DNA of 64,000 nucleotides, taken from the NCBI GenBank assembly GCA_964106645.2, contig OZ067054.1. One strand, written 5' to 3'. Positions within the stretch are counted from its first letter, which is position 1. Every line of letters begins with the position of its first letter. The DNA is from Podarcis pityusensis. Its lineage: Eukaryota. A program made the translations under genes and the position numbers. The notes under the pieces were generated by a model. It saw only the letters and a program-made list of their open reading frames with translations, had not been told where the DNA came from and searched no databases. Positions 1 through 13,780 of this stretch are shown in pieces.

Positions 1-34
1 AAAATAATGTCATTTCCCCTCCTCCCACCGCTGC

Positions 35-345
35 AATTTTATTTCATTTATTTATGTAATAAATTTCTCTCCTGCCCTCATAGTGACCATTTGGGGCTGC
101 TTATAGCACCATACAGAATAATACATTCATTAAAATATACAACAGAAGCAGCCTCCACACCAAGAGGTCTGTCAAAATAAAAATGCCTTTGCCGATTAAC
201 CAAGAACAGGCAGAAGGGGGTCCGCCTGCACTTCACAGGCAAAGTGTTCCACACTGTTGATGCAGTTCTGTCTCTTGCCACCTTCAGCCTCGGTTGGACA
301 TGGGAGAGGCCCTCTGCTTCTGATGTTAGAGAGCAGGTAGCTTGT
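35..345 (-). mobile_element. Old L2-like LINE 3' remnant
   Basis: ORF 78..359 contains a degenerate ...DRTASTVWNTLP... motif, with a (TAAA)-like tail at about 35-65. Confidence 0.55.
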
Positions 346-380
346 TGGACATCCCTCATTGTGTTCTCCTCACATCAAAT

Positions 381-448
381 GTAAGAATGTAAAAAGAGCC
401 TGCTGCATCAGACCAGTGGCCCATCCAGTCCAGCATTTTGTTCTCACA
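381..448 (-). mobile_element. CR1-type LINE 3' tail
   Basis: Reverse complement reads gagaacaaaatgctggactggatgggccactggtctgatgcagcaggctctttttacattcttac, a common squamate CR1-type 3' end. A degenerate + copy lies at about 7500-7630. Confidence 0.6.
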
Positions 449-3400
449 AATACTGCTGTTTGATGAGTTTCCCCCTCAAATGAGCTTTAATCTGACTACA
501 AAACTTGAGCTGCATCTGCTTCGTACTTAAGAATGGCGTGAATGTTTGCGACAGCCATGAGTGTGCATGTGTAGATGACAGCTTCATGAATTGGAGTCCC
601 GGGGGGTTTTGCGGGGCTGGGTGGGACCAAAAGAGCATACATGCCTGATGAAGATAAGCCTGTACCCTCTGATATGAACAATACTCTGCAGGTGTAATTT
701 GAAATGCATTGGGCAGGGGATGACCTTGCTGTGTTTGAAGCCACAATGGTGAATGTACCCTCTGCCTCTCCCCATAAATATATGCTTTGCACCCTCATGT
801 TTCACTTCCATGTAAGGTCTAGGGGAAACTAAGGAACCGTGGTAGCAATTACCTGAAAACCCTCTTGCACAGCTGGCCTGCCCAGATTGCCAGTGGTGAA
901 AGGGGAGGCTGGGCTTGGGCTGCTAGTAGTGGTGATGAGAACCTGTTTAAATTTCCCATGATCTTGCAATGTGCTGACTGTTTCAGGATGGGGTATAGTG
1001 AGAACGTCACTGCTCCCATTGTATGGGTAGACCTCACAACTAATCAGAACCCCAATACTCCCAATACTGGGAAGAAGGTGCAGGAAATTGGCTTCCTAGA
1101 TCATCTGTCATAACAGACTATATCGACTTGCCAATCCTCCATTTAATTTAAGCTGAGCTTAAAAGTCTGGGGCTCCGAATGTGCTTCCAAATGTCAAATT
1201 TCTAACTTTGACTCATCTGTCAAAGCTAGGGCCAGCCCACCCATTAGGCAAGGTGAAGTGACCACCTAAGGCGGCAGGGTCCACCCAGACCAGCAGATCC
1301 CAAGGTTGACCTTTCTTCCCCTCCCCTCTTGTTCTTGATGTAGATCTTCCCTAACCATCTTCTTCCTTGGCCAGGGACCCGGGGGGGGGGGGTGTCATAT
1401 GCCATTTGGGGTTCCACCTCAGGTTCTGAAACATTTTGGGCCGACTTGGGAACACTGTCTCCAGACCTTAGAGAAGTCCTTCCTTGCCTTGGTCATGCTT
1501 TGTCAGTTGCAGCTTGGATCTCATGCTGCTTATATTAGGCTCTTACAGATAGCAAGATAGAGGTGTGTTCAGACAAGGAGGGGCAGCGGATGTGCCCTGG
1601 AGGATCCTTGAGGCAGGTGGGTTTGTGGAGCTATATATGTGAAGCGTGGGTCTTTGTGAAAAGTGTAAGTATACGTGTAAATATATGTTCAGAATATGCT
1701 TTGCAGTCCCCCCCCCCTTGTTGCGCTCAGTTTCCCCTAACTTCAAGCAGAGGGTAAGGGCATGAGTTGCCATGCGGGGAGCGGGACGCCCCAACACCTT
1801 CATCGTCAGTGTAGCAAATGTGGCCGTGGTGCCTTTAAAAGTTCTGCAGCTCCTTGGCTGGGCCTCCCCTGCTCCAGCCCGGGGCCCCCAGATGTCTTGC
1901 ATTGCACACATCTGTTTGACAGCTTATTTTCTGTGGTGGAAGAAAGCGGCTGTGGCTATGGGTTTGGGGAGGGAATCTGTCTGCTCGGAGAGGGAGAGAG
2001 AAAATAATTGTGGGGAAGAGGGTGGGAGAGCCAGCTCATGGAATGGGTTTGTGGTTGGGAGGAGAAAAGTGTGGGGTAAGATGCAGAGGTGTCTGGGGTT
2101 TGGGTCAGGCCTTCAGGGGAGGAAAACGTTACAGAGAAGTGTCTTTCTTAGAGATGGGCAGGCGCGGCAGTTTTCATCTGCTACAAACGTGGGTTAAGAT
2201 GATCCCAGAGTGTATGTGGAAGGGGTGCAGGAAAGGATCCTGTTTTCTGGGGGGTGAGTGTGGGGGGGAGGTTCATTTACTCCTCCTCTCTGAAGGAGTT
2301 TGTGTTGTTGGGCTTGGGAAGCTGCCCTGTGCTGTATGCACCTCATGGTACCTCCTGGGATCCAATATAAACAATAAAGTCTTTGTTACTTTGACCTGCT
2401 GGCGTGGAGCCAAGCAAATTCTTTGCGTATTTCCTCTGCTCAATTCCCTCCCCGCCCCCCCCCCAGCTTCTTCCAAATCTGCTCCTGAGCACATAAGGAA
2501 AGGCAATGTGCTTCTGCAGCCGGAGATTCAGCCCAAGCCACCCCATCCACACCACCCAGTGCCTTGGCTGTCCACCAGCTCTTGCTTCCAAAGCAGGCGT
2601 ATTCCAACCTTTAGGTGAGGGAGGGAGGCAAGAAGCTCTGAGCAGAAAGCCTGGTCTTGAAGCGTGAGAGGTTTAGCAATGCCCTCTGCATGGGGGGCTG
2701 GAGTGGCAACAAGTGGCTCAGGGCCGAGGCTGTGCAAGGGGTGGGCACTGGCAAAGCTGAGCTTGTTTGACAGGAATGCATATGCAGGATGAGGGCAGGT
2801 AGACAAGCCTCGGTTTCTGCCAGATCTCTCCTCATCTCTGCAGTTTAGCCTTGTCATTTGCTTTCAGTGCTAGTGGTCTGTTCTAGAGCATGTACAGAGT
2901 GCCTTTTCCTCCTCACTGAATAACAGTTAGCACTCCCCGTGCAGTGATTAAAGCACCAGGGGATGTCAGATGCGTTTAGCTTAAAAGACCCCAGACCTCC
3001 TCATTATGAAGGGATTGGGAGACAGCAGGAATTCCTGAGATCATTCCATTCACACTGTTCTCAGCCATCGAAGCAGTGGTTCTTATATACTGCTTGCAAT
3101 GGTTTTATTAAATTATATAAATGCAATGGTTTTATTAAAACCTCAAAGTGGTCTATTTGTCACAAAGAGCCATGTTCACCAGTCCAGGGTCTGTTAATGC
3201 AACCCGGTAAAAGAGCTAGGAAATGAGCTAAGGATTCAGCGCTGGACATAGTCTGTGTCCCATACCTTAGGGAAGGTAGTTCTCATAACAAGAGCAGGAA
3301 GGCAGAGCTAAGGCAGAGTTTGGGTCCCAGCCTTACTGAGGAAACTGGGCTCCAAAGGTGGCATTAGAATAGATGGTTTGAAAGTCATGGGATGCTTTTA

Positions 3401-3547
3401 TTGTTATTTTGGAATTCATCTAATAAAAGACCAACAGGAAAATGAAAAATTATTCTGCCAGTCAATTGCAAGATTTCCAAATCTTATCACAATGATGTTA
3501 TTATAGACACATGTGCTATGTCTGTAATAAGATCCTTCTGTTTAAAA

Positions 3548-3678
3548 CAGAGTTTCCCAAACTTGTGTCTCCAGCTGTTTCCAGACTACAGTTCCCATCA
3601 TCCCTGACCACTAGTCTTGCTAGCTAGGGATGGTGGGAATTGTAGTCCAAAAACAGCTGGAGACCCAGGTTTGGGAAA
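3548..3678. mobile_element. Palindromic hAT-type MITE
   Basis: Long inverted arms tttcccaaact...ctccagctgttt...gactaca.ttcccatcatccct / agggatggtgggaattgtagtc...aaacagctggagac...tttgggaaa. A truncated copy lies at about 40078-40161 and related sequence at about 26421-26550. Confidence 0.75.
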
Positions 3679-6600
3679 AGAAAAGAAAAAAACGACCTAT
3701 TTCCATTGTGATGTGAAGCTTTGCTCCCCTGGTAAACTTTCAGCACAGCTAAAAAGCACGCAGTGAGTGAAATTTGCACTTGGTTGAAATTGTAGCAACA
3801 GCCGTTTCCTTCATTAGCTGCGAACTTGGCCTGGGGGTGGCCACAGCCAGAATGGTGGCCGGGACAGCAGCAACACCAGCAGCCACCTCGCCTGCCTCTC
3901 CTTTGGAGTGGCTGCAGAGGCTGCCAGTAAGGGCAGGTTAGTCTCTGAGTTGCCTCTAAGCAGATAGGGAAGAGTCAGGCCTGGCTCCTGGGGGCAGGAT
4001 TCAAGTGCAAAATCCCCTGTGCAAGGCATTCCAGAAAGAGCATTAGGATGCAGCTGCCTGCGGTGGAGAGGAGGGTGAGGGTGAAAGGAAAGTGTTTCTG
4101 AATACCCTGCTGGTGCCCTTGTGCTGAATTCAATTGCAATGGAGGGGAGGGGGGAGGGGGACACAGCAGGGAAATGGGGAGAAGGGAAGTGGGAGATGAA
4201 AAATGATGGGTGAGCCTAGGGATTCTAATAAGAAAATTGCTTCCAGTCCCGAAGTCTGCAATTGTGGGTTAAAATTACAACCATTCGCCAAACTACATCT
4301 CATCGTAAATCTCCACCTCTCGTCCCATTCACCCCGACAACAGGAAAAACAAAGCCACTGTCTGGGGAGAGATGTTATTTATTTATGTGACTAGAAATAT
4401 AGGGAGGGGGTTATGTGGGGTTTTTAAAAAAATTAAAAAAATAGCAGGGATTGGATCATCAGGCTAGAAAGACAATCAATCTGTTAGCAAGAGGTAGAAA
4501 CTCTGTACGGTCTTCTAGACTGGTTCCACTCTCCAGATCTGGTTGCCTTCCCCTCATTCTCTCACGATTAGAGTGGCCACAAAAAGTGAAGTCCGAAAAT
4601 TGTGAAGTAAACACACAAGCACAAAGTGAGAAATGAATACTGAATAGCTTTTTTGCTACCAAATTACATTGTGTAAACATAAGCTCACCAGGAAGAGATG
4701 TAAGTTGTTAACCCCTTTCATTTTTGAAGTCACTCTCTCCTGTCCAGGTCTTCTCCCCTTTAAATTGCTCCCAGCACAAATCCTCACCTTACAAAAATTC
4801 AGCAGGACCCATACTCAACACTCTGCCTTGAATAGCTACACAATTTGCACATGTAGAACGAAATGGCAGAGCTTTTTTGGGCTGTACCACTCCAGGCTGT
4901 AGAGGAAGGAGAATATGTTTCAGTGCTCCTTCGCAAGGAAAAACTTGATATGCACTGAAAGATAACGCATCTCAGAGAAGCTTAGCCTTCTCCCCACCAT
5001 GTTCTCCACTGCATGTTGCTTTCCGTGTGGAGAAGCATTCAGGCATGTCTTCTTCCACTTGCAGCCTGAAGAATAGCTTTAAGTAGAGCCTTTCTTGCTC
5101 TGAAGGCTTAGGGTGAGTAAGAAGAGCAAAGAACAAGAAGAAAAATTAGCAGGTCATGCCTTCAATGAAAATCCATTTAAAATTTCCGCGTCCTTTCCTT
5201 AATTAAATCTTGAGCCCCCTAAGGCCAGCCCAAACAGAAAATTATTTCAACACTCAGGATTGGACTTTGGGATGGGGGTCTGTAGCTGAAGTCTTCATGC
5301 TCATTACAGCCTGAACTTGTCGCATCGATAGTGTCCTTCAAGTGGTAATTTCATTGCATCTCACAGGTGATAATAGGACATGAGGGATACTAGACCTGCA
5401 GACAAAACACAGACCAGCTTGGAATGCAGATCCCTAGTACTGTACTCATCTCCGGGTATCTGTGCCCACCTATGCACTCATTTCCTCAGGCTCATGGCTC
5501 TATACTAGTCCGTATTTTCCATTTCTGATTGGTTTAATGTGGCACCTCCATTCACAGCTTTGTCTTACTGTTCTTTCACTCAATTTTGTTTGCCTCTGCC
5601 CTTTAAAGAATTCTGGTTTTGCTACATATTTCCTCCGGATTCAGATCTGCCGATGGTAAGGTTACAAGGAGCTGATCTGAATGGCTCCTCATTTCCTGTT
5701 CTAGGATTGATCAGTGATGGGACTCAGTGTGGGGAAAACCATTTAGAATAAGGCTTCTGTATACTGTCCCAGCTCTGGGTTCAAGGGTACAACCCTGCTA
5801 TGAAACTAAGCCTAAGTTTGCAGAAGTCAAGAGAAAAAGGAGGGAGAACACTGTGCCCCTGAAATTATTGCCTGCGATGTCAGGGGAGGTGGAAGAGCCA
5901 TTCTTGCTTACTTAATTAAGAGCAAACAACAATTTGAGTCTGCCACCCTCCTATTAGCTACGCCAAGGACTGTTATCTGGGAGCTCCCAACTCACACGCC
6001 TGCCATGGGCTTCCAAGGGCTGGGGGTTCTTTGCCTCCTTTCTTTGTGCTTTCATTCATTGCTGAATTTAAAGAGAGCTACAGCGGAGGCAGCCTTGTTC
6101 TTTCTAATGCCAGCTTACTCACGTGCAGCAGTGTGGCACCCCATTCTGCCCCCCCCAACTTGTTTTAAATTCTAGTGGAATTTAGGAGCAGCCTGCAAGT
6201 TGATAGGAAGAAAATGTGAAATAGTGGACAGGAATTGCTAAGACCAATTTTTTTGAGGGATGGGGAAGAGGGGAATGCTGATTAATTTGAAGGGAAGCGA
6301 GGAATCTGCTCATTTAAGTCGCAGAAAAATGGCTCTCTTTGGAGTGATGCTGGGATGAAGGAAGTTATGAAAGAGTGACTTTTTGGGTGTAGTCGGAAGA
6401 CAACAACGACAACAAGCAGGTTACTTTTTCAAGACCCTCTGGGAAACTTGGTTTACAGCAAGCAGCCCCACCCCTATTCCCAAGCCTTGTCCCCACTTTC
6501 CCCCCAATGTATTCCATGCATCTGCTGCCTGTACGCAGGGCCCCATTCACCTGAATCCCAAGTGCTTTACAGGCTTATAAAAATAATCCTATCTTCTTGG

Positions 6601-9499
6601 CTGATTTCCCAGAATATCAGAGCCAGCAATTCCTCCAGGACGTAGCTGGGGAGACAAACTCCCCCAGAGATGTCAGGTACTTGAGTCAGTTTGAAGTGCT
6701 TATAGGTGGTTGTTCCCCACCCCCACCCCTGTCTTTCCTTCTCTCCCCTAAACTGGAGGGAGTAGTGTTGCTGTGCAGGTTTAACTCATGGGTCATCTTT
6801 TAGCTCTGAAACAATCCTCCAAAAAGGCTATAGTGATGAGAGTGTCAAGGTATGCCCCTGCTGGCACCTTTTGCCCCATTTATGCATTCATCTCATTTCA
6901 GTGTGTGTGTGTTTTTTTAAATACATCAGCAGATAGAAGCTTTTCTCCATGCACACACTGATAAATTTGATGTGGTGGTGAAAAGAAAGACTTTGTGGAA
7001 TTTTGAAGCAGCCAAGAGTACTGTGCAAGGTCAGAAGTAACTGCCCTCTCCCCTATATCCAACCTGTAGTCAAGAACAGAAACTAGCGCACTTCAGTGCT
7101 GAATGAATGAGTGCCTTGATTTGGCTCAAACCAACTTAGAAAGAGGAGAAGGGTCCAGAAATTAAGGAGGAGGGGTAGAACAATAACCAGGATGTGGAGC
7201 ATCATGATACATTGCCCAGTCTAACTGCATTTCTAACAGTTCTTGAATGAGGAAATGACTTTGATAAAAAGAAACCAGGCGAGTCCTAATCAGGGACCAC
7301 CTGGATGAGGTGATGGAATTGAGTATGTATTCCAAGTCCCTTTTCCCCAATAGCCAATAATGGAAAATTGAACTGGTGCAACTTTCCCTTTGTGATGTGA
7401 TCTATCTCCTGGAGCTTTTGTAGAACCCTGCTTTGCTTACATCCAGTTACAAGGAGCTTTTACATACAATGTCTAAATGGGATATTCCGAGACAATACCA
7501 GATGCTGGGAACAAATGGCAGGAGAAAGGTGTCTGTTTGTGGGCTTCCTGGAAGCACCTGACTAGCCATGGTTGAAATTGGCATTCTGGACTAGATGAAT
7601 CTTTGGTCTGTTGCAGTAGGACTGCTGTTAACCTTGAACATGGCTGCTGCTGGTGTGGTGGTTAAACACTCAGTTTCTGCTATATTCTTCTGAATGATGA
7701 AAAAAGGATGAAAGATCTTGCATGTAGGCATTAGAAAACCTTGTTGGAAGATCTTCACATAGGCAAACCAATATTAATCAGCACATGCATTGTTTAGGTC
7801 TGGTGACCACAGAGGTATCAAGACCTGGAGAGCATCTCTTCATCATGGATGAAGCCAATTGCCTAGAGGTTGTGAAAACCTGCCCTCCCACCCACCCACC
7901 CCTCCTTTATTGAATTCCCCGAAAGGTAGATCCATTCCCTTGCTGGGCACCAGCTGTAGCACCATCAGCAAAGGAACCTTCCTTTATTTCTGCCTTCCCA
8001 GATCCTGTATGTTGAAGGATCTGCTGCTGATGGCTGCCCCATCTCTCCTTGGCCAAATCCCTTTCAGCCTCCTTTCCCTATCTGTGTGTGGTAATAACAC
8101 TGAACTACATCTCGGAGATCTTGGGGATGTTGTGAGAGCAGAGATTTCTTAGCCGTTTCATTATTATTTTTTACTTCTTGGGGATTGAAAGGAAGAACAG
8201 GGAACTTGACTAGAATTTCTGGAAATGCCATATACTGTTAGATCATAGACTTGCTTAGATGTGACATTCAGAATTTGGGTTTCTCCAGATCCTGCTAATT
8301 TACATAAGCCTGCATTTGCTAATTAGGGAGGGGGGGAGAGTTGTACAAGGTACTGAAGTCTTGTCCTTTGACACAAGAGATCTCATGTAGCAACCCCATT
8401 AGCTTCTAAGATTCCACCAGGTATTTATTGCTGGTGCACTTTAAGGGATATTGATGCAACCATAAGGGCTGGAAACATGCGTGCGTGCGTGCGTGCACAC
8501 ACACACACATATATACACAAATACAGCTGAGGTTCTTTGGGAGCTGGATTCTGAAGCTAGTGCCATATTCTGCAGTTTTCCTGTGTTTCTGCAGTATTGC
8601 AGCATACATATATAGCCCTAGTCACTCCTTTTAGTAATTTCACTCAGTTATAATTAGCTATACTGTACTTTCCTACTGACATTTTGTCAGCAGTTTGGGC
8701 ACTCACTCTGGAGGGTCCAGTTAGGGTGGGTGTAAGCTTTGTTTGTTTTCAGTATCTGCTACTATTATTCACCTGACAATGGGGTGCAATCCACATCATA
8801 TGCCAGGATCTGTTATTGTTTGTGTTCCAGTTCCTGGCTTTTCCCACTCAGAATCTGGTACGTTTCCCCTGCCCACCCCCGCTTGCCCCCACTTTATCAA
8901 GATGAGTTTTTGTGTGGTTGACTTTTTTTCCTGCCCCTGGTCCATTGTTGAATGTCTGTCAAGTAAGCTGCTCATTGCCTTCTGTGCCAGCAAATGGGGT
9001 TGGCTGGTAGGAGAAAGGGCTTGTCTGTCATTCTCAAGAACTGTGTCATCTTGGCACCTGGAAAAGGAGCTTCAGCATATCTCACACTTAGTCCTCCTAG
9101 CTGTGTCACAGTTACAACCACCATTCAAGCGCAAGGCTGTGTCCAGCCTGCAAGCTCCTCCAGGGTGTCGTGATGCTATGTTATTGCAGCCATTCATTCC
9201 CTTTTGGTCTGTCCTAAGAGCAATATTTAAGACAGCTACGTCAGAGAAGGAGTGCATACTGAATACTGCATGGGCCGTTTGATACTGATGGCGCCATATT
9301 TGAACGCTGATGGTTCTTGGCAGCTGAGTGAATCTAAAATCAACAAGCAAATCAAATGTCCTCCTTTCCCCTTTTTACATACCCTTCCTCAACATGGTGC
9401 CCTCCAAACCTGGACTACAACTCCCATCAGCCACAATAGTCTAAAATTTCTGGAGAGCACCAGGAAGGGGAAGGTTGGGCCTGGCAGCATCATTACATG

Positions 9500-9679
9500 T
9501 CTTTAGGCACCAGGCAAAAACATTCCTCTTTGCCCAGGCCTATGGCTGTTAAATAATCTATGGCCTGTATGGGGGAGAGGACTGTTATTATGATGACTAT
9601 TTTAATGTACATCACCCTGGGATCTTTTGATAAAGCGTAGTATATAAATTGTAGTAGTAGTAGTAATAATAATAATAAT
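9500..9679 (+). mobile_element. Old L2-like LINE 3' remnant
   Basis: Encodes FRHQAKTFLF (L2 ORF2 end), followed by a UTR and a (TAG)n(TAA)n tail. Confidence 0.55.
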
Positions 9680-12600
9680 GGCCTGCATTATGAACCAATG
9701 AATGCTTGTTCATTTTTAATTTAGGTGTTGGAGCTCCCCCACCCCAGTATACTGACATGGCTATTCTTGATTATCACAACCAGTCTGGAATCCTATGCCA
9801 AACATTCTCAACACTTTTAAAGCAGGACATTCAGATATTGTGATAGCAATTCATATATTTTCTGCTTTTTTGGTCGCACAATTTTTTACGTTGCAGAATT
9901 GGATATGTATTTGTTCAGGGGTTTGGGGGGAGGGGCTAGGAAAGAATGGTTGGGGAAAATACGAACCTTGGGCTGATGTATTGTGAAGGGGGGAGGACTG
10001 TGCAGAGATTTGTCTCTGACTCAATAACCTTGCTAGCATGCCACCTAGACTCTAGTTAAAATAGCCACAACTTTCAAAGTGCTTTCCCATCATAGTGAGG
10101 ATTATGAACTTGTTGTTTCTTTCTCAGAAAACGAAACAAAACATGCCAATTCTCAGTGATCTGCAGCAGCTGTGCATTAGAGGTCGTATTCTGTGCCTCA
10201 CAGAATGACTGTGGCCTTGACAGTTTCTAGACTTTCTGCACATGCCTAGCTGTCTGTGTGCATTTTCAGCTCTGAGCTCTCCTGCAGCTCTCCCAGTTAC
10301 TTGCTTTCCACCCTATAGCCGTACCCACCACAAGTTTCACAGTCCCAGTCACTGCTCAGTCACTGCCCCATGTCCACTTGTTCTAAGTAAGAGGAGAATA
10401 AACAATGCTGAAAACAACACAAGTTCCATAAGTAATACAAGTCCTGGTGATGTCACTTAGGATATGAGGGGAGGAAAAGGAATCTGGGAAGTTTCTTCCC
10501 GCATAATTGAATTAGTAGGGAAATGTTTTGGCAGAACATTGTGTATCCACAGTGCTTTGTCACCCGGACAACATCTTGGTGGGGAATTTCAGGCAGCTGC
10601 CTATGCTGGGTGTGGGAATGGGAGCCCATCTCACACTTTAACTCCTTCACATGGAGCTGAACAAACAGTTCTGGCTACACTGTACCAGGAGTACAAGGCA
10701 GCCTAAATGAAATGAATGCATGACAGGCTGAAGTCAAAATGAAAGCATCACAGAGCTGACCCGTGGGACTCTCTCTCACACACCATAAATATTAAGGGCT
10801 GTAGGTACTAACGGAGTTCAAAAAAGAAACAGACAAATTCACGGGAGCCAGAAAGATCTACTCCTACTAGGTAGGATTCTCAAAATCTTAATCAAGCTTA
10901 AGAGAGTAGCAGGGCCTGATTTCAATATAAGGCATGTTATATAAGCGCTTCATCGTTTTCTCCATGAGAGTCATTTTGTTTGGTCTCAGGATGAAAATGA
11001 TGTTCCGAAACAGCCATGAGTGATTTCTGGCAACATTTTATTTGATCTTAAGCAAAAAGGCCCTTCACCTTCTGCGCTTGCTACTAAGAAGCTCGAACCC
11101 TCCTCTGGTCATCTGGTTTAGACTACTGCAAGCTCCCTTGTTCTAATCTTTACTCCTTTGCAAATTCAAAAGGCTTCTTCTCTGATTTCTGTGACCATGC
11201 CTTAGTATCTGCATTGGTTGACTTCCCAGTGCTTTTCAAGAGGGCTGGCACCAGACCCAAAGAAGACCCGTGGCATGGTGCTGATGATGTGCCCTCACCC
11301 TCCCAACTGAAGAAGAGCCCAGCTCTGTTGGTAGTGACAGCCACCACATACTTTCTCTGGTGCTGCTATGGTGGCGGCAGTGGTGTCGTTCACCATCCTC
11401 CACCAGGCCCCCAGACATGCTTCAGCAGTGAATGGGTGTCAGTACCTTTGAATGGGAGGTAAGCCTGGCTCCGATGTATAGTGGCTGCTCACCATCTTGT
11501 TATCCAAAATGCAATTCTCCAGCCCATAGATCTATGAAACCTATTGATTTCATAGCTCTATAGACCTTCCTGGTTTTATACTGAAACTTTAGAGTTTGTG
11601 CATGCAAAGTGGATTAAAGTGCTATACTGCTCTAGCAAAACAAATCCAGTGGGGTGTGTGTGTGTGTGTGTGTTGAAAAACATACTTTTTGCAGTTTGGA
11701 AAGTGATGGGGAAGTGGATTGACAAATGTGGGAAGAATGAATGACTAACAGGAAGATGTGTAAACCACCAAGCAAGCAAATTGCAATGTATGCAGGATGA
11801 ACGCTCATTGTCTTATAACTGTTCCATAAACAGATCAGAACAAATGTTCAATAAAGCTGCCATAAGCTTTCTGGAAACAATTCAGGATGAATGCTGAATA
11901 AACAGGTCATCTGGGGGAGACCTAAGTCCAGTTTCATCCTTGCTCAGGCCACGGATCCCCAGAGGCAGGCATTTTATACTGTAGTCCTTGATCTTCCTGT
12001 GGGTTTCTCAGGTATTTCTTTCTGCTTGAATCCTAATTATGAGCTCCCAACCAGTTCTCAAAATTTGTGTGTCCGTTACCCTGTGAACATCCCACCAAGG
12101 CTGCTCACAGCTGTTTATTTTGCTATTCATAAAAAATCCTGCTTTTCTCTTTTGGCAGCCATCTAAAGTTGTCTCCCAACCTTATTCTGTGGACTCCCAC
12201 CCTGACTGTGTGTCTCTTCCAAGAACCTGGAACTCTCATTAACTTTAGGGAAACACAAACTCTGAACTAATGAGGATTCACTAAAAGTTCTGCAGGTAGA
12301 GGGGCCAAACCCCAGTGGGTTGAGAAGGGGAAGCTAAGTGTATTTTGGAGTCTTTTCTCTCCTAATCATCTGCTGAAACTCTTATGACATGTGCTTCCAC
12401 ACGGTCGTTATTTTGGAGTGAGATTCATACACGTATTGGCAAATTCACATTGATTTGGCACTCTTCTGCAACAACACCCCCCCAAAAATATTTTAGACAA
12501 TAAAGTAAGATTGGAAATACAATGGAAATTGTGGGATAACGATTGCTTGCTGCAACAACATATACTCTCCCCACAAACAAATAATGAATGTTCAACAAAC

Positions 12601-13428
12601 AGGTCGCCTGGCAGCAACAGGAGAGTCTTAGTTTAGTGTTAGTTCTTTCTTTACCCTACTTATGGCCAAACTACATATTACACCAAAATGGGTGAAACAG
12701 AATCCTGACAGCTCCCTTTTTAACAAGGAAAACATGCTTTGGCAGTGGGCACTTAGGATTGGAGATAGGGCAATTGTGGTGGTGTTGCTTTTTTAAAAAA
12801 ATTACTTACCCTTCCCTGCATTGCTCCCTTCCAAATAACTCTCAAATGCCCTTCCCTTTGATGTGGGCAAACACATATTTGGAAACTCTGTTGGAGGTGG
12901 AGTGGGGGCAGTGTGCCTGAAGGACAGTTTGGACCCAAAGAATAGAAGGCAGAGAAAGTTAAGCATCCTTCTTTCTCAACCACTTTTGGTCTATAAATTG
13001 CCCCTTTCTAAAGCAATGTTTCCTCAAAAGAAAAGAAAAGAAAAGGCAAGGCAGTGGTCTACCCATGCCTTTGTAATATACCCATGTAGTCTGATTTTAT
13101 GTGCTGTTGCTCAAAAGTTAGCCCCACTAAAGGAATTGGGACCTGTTGTGCATTTCTGATAGTGGAGCTGTCAAAAGCAAATAAATTGGTAGTGTTAGAA
13201 AGGTACCAATCAGCCATCAGAAGAAGAAAAATGCTTTCCATTTACTTTACCTGATGCTGGGTCCTGATTGCAGCCAAACCAACTGGAGAGCACAAAGTTG
13301 GGGAAGGCTTCCAGAGAGGAAGCTCTCAATCCTCCCGAACATTTTGATCAGTATTTTTGAGTTCTCAGTCCAAAGGGGAGCGAAAGCATGAACAGGCAAG
13401 GTTTTAGTGCCTTCTACCTGGTAGGCAA

Positions 13429-13780
13429 GGGACGCGGGCGGCACTGTGGGTTAAACCACAGAGCCTAGTACTTGCCGATCAGAAGGTTGGCGGTTCGAAT
13501 CCCCGCGACGAGGTGAACTCCCGTTTCTCAGTTCCTGCTCCTACCAACCTAGCAGTTCGAAAGCACGTCAAAGTGCAAGTAGATAAATAGGTACCGCTCC
13601 GGTGGGAAGGTAAACGGCATTTCCGTGCGCTGCTCTGGTTCGCCAGAAGTGGCTTAGTCATGCTGGCCACATGACCCGGAAGCTGTACGCCGGCTCCTTT
13701 GGCCAATAAAGCGAGATGAGCGCCGCAACCCCAGAGTCGGCCAAGACTGGACCTAATGGTCAGGGGTCCCTTTACCTTTT
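13429..13780 (+). mobile_element. Sauria SINE, full length, with target-site duplication
   Basis: Starts gggacgcggg, has the tRNA-like B box GGTTCGAATCC (13492-13502) and a (ACCTTT)n-type tail. TSD tacctggtaggcaag at 13415-13429 and 13781-13795. Confidence 0.93.

Noticed and set aside
640-700. CTGATGA hammerhead or snoRNA-like motif
   Set aside because: No stem II/GAAA arrangement or terminal stem found.
1772-2618. Long overlapping ORFs (141 and 202 aa)
   Set aside because: G-rich intronic sequence with no recognisable domain or splice structure; chance ORFs.
4141-4196. G-quadruplex-capable G-runs (also at about 15497-15521 and 63695-63760)
   Set aside because: Common in GC-rich vertebrate introns; nothing in the sequence points to a specific function.
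13429-13510. tRNA gene (A/B box, GGTTCGAATCC)
   Set aside because: It is the tRNA-derived head of a Sauria SINE, repeated in four copies with SINE body, tail and TSDs.
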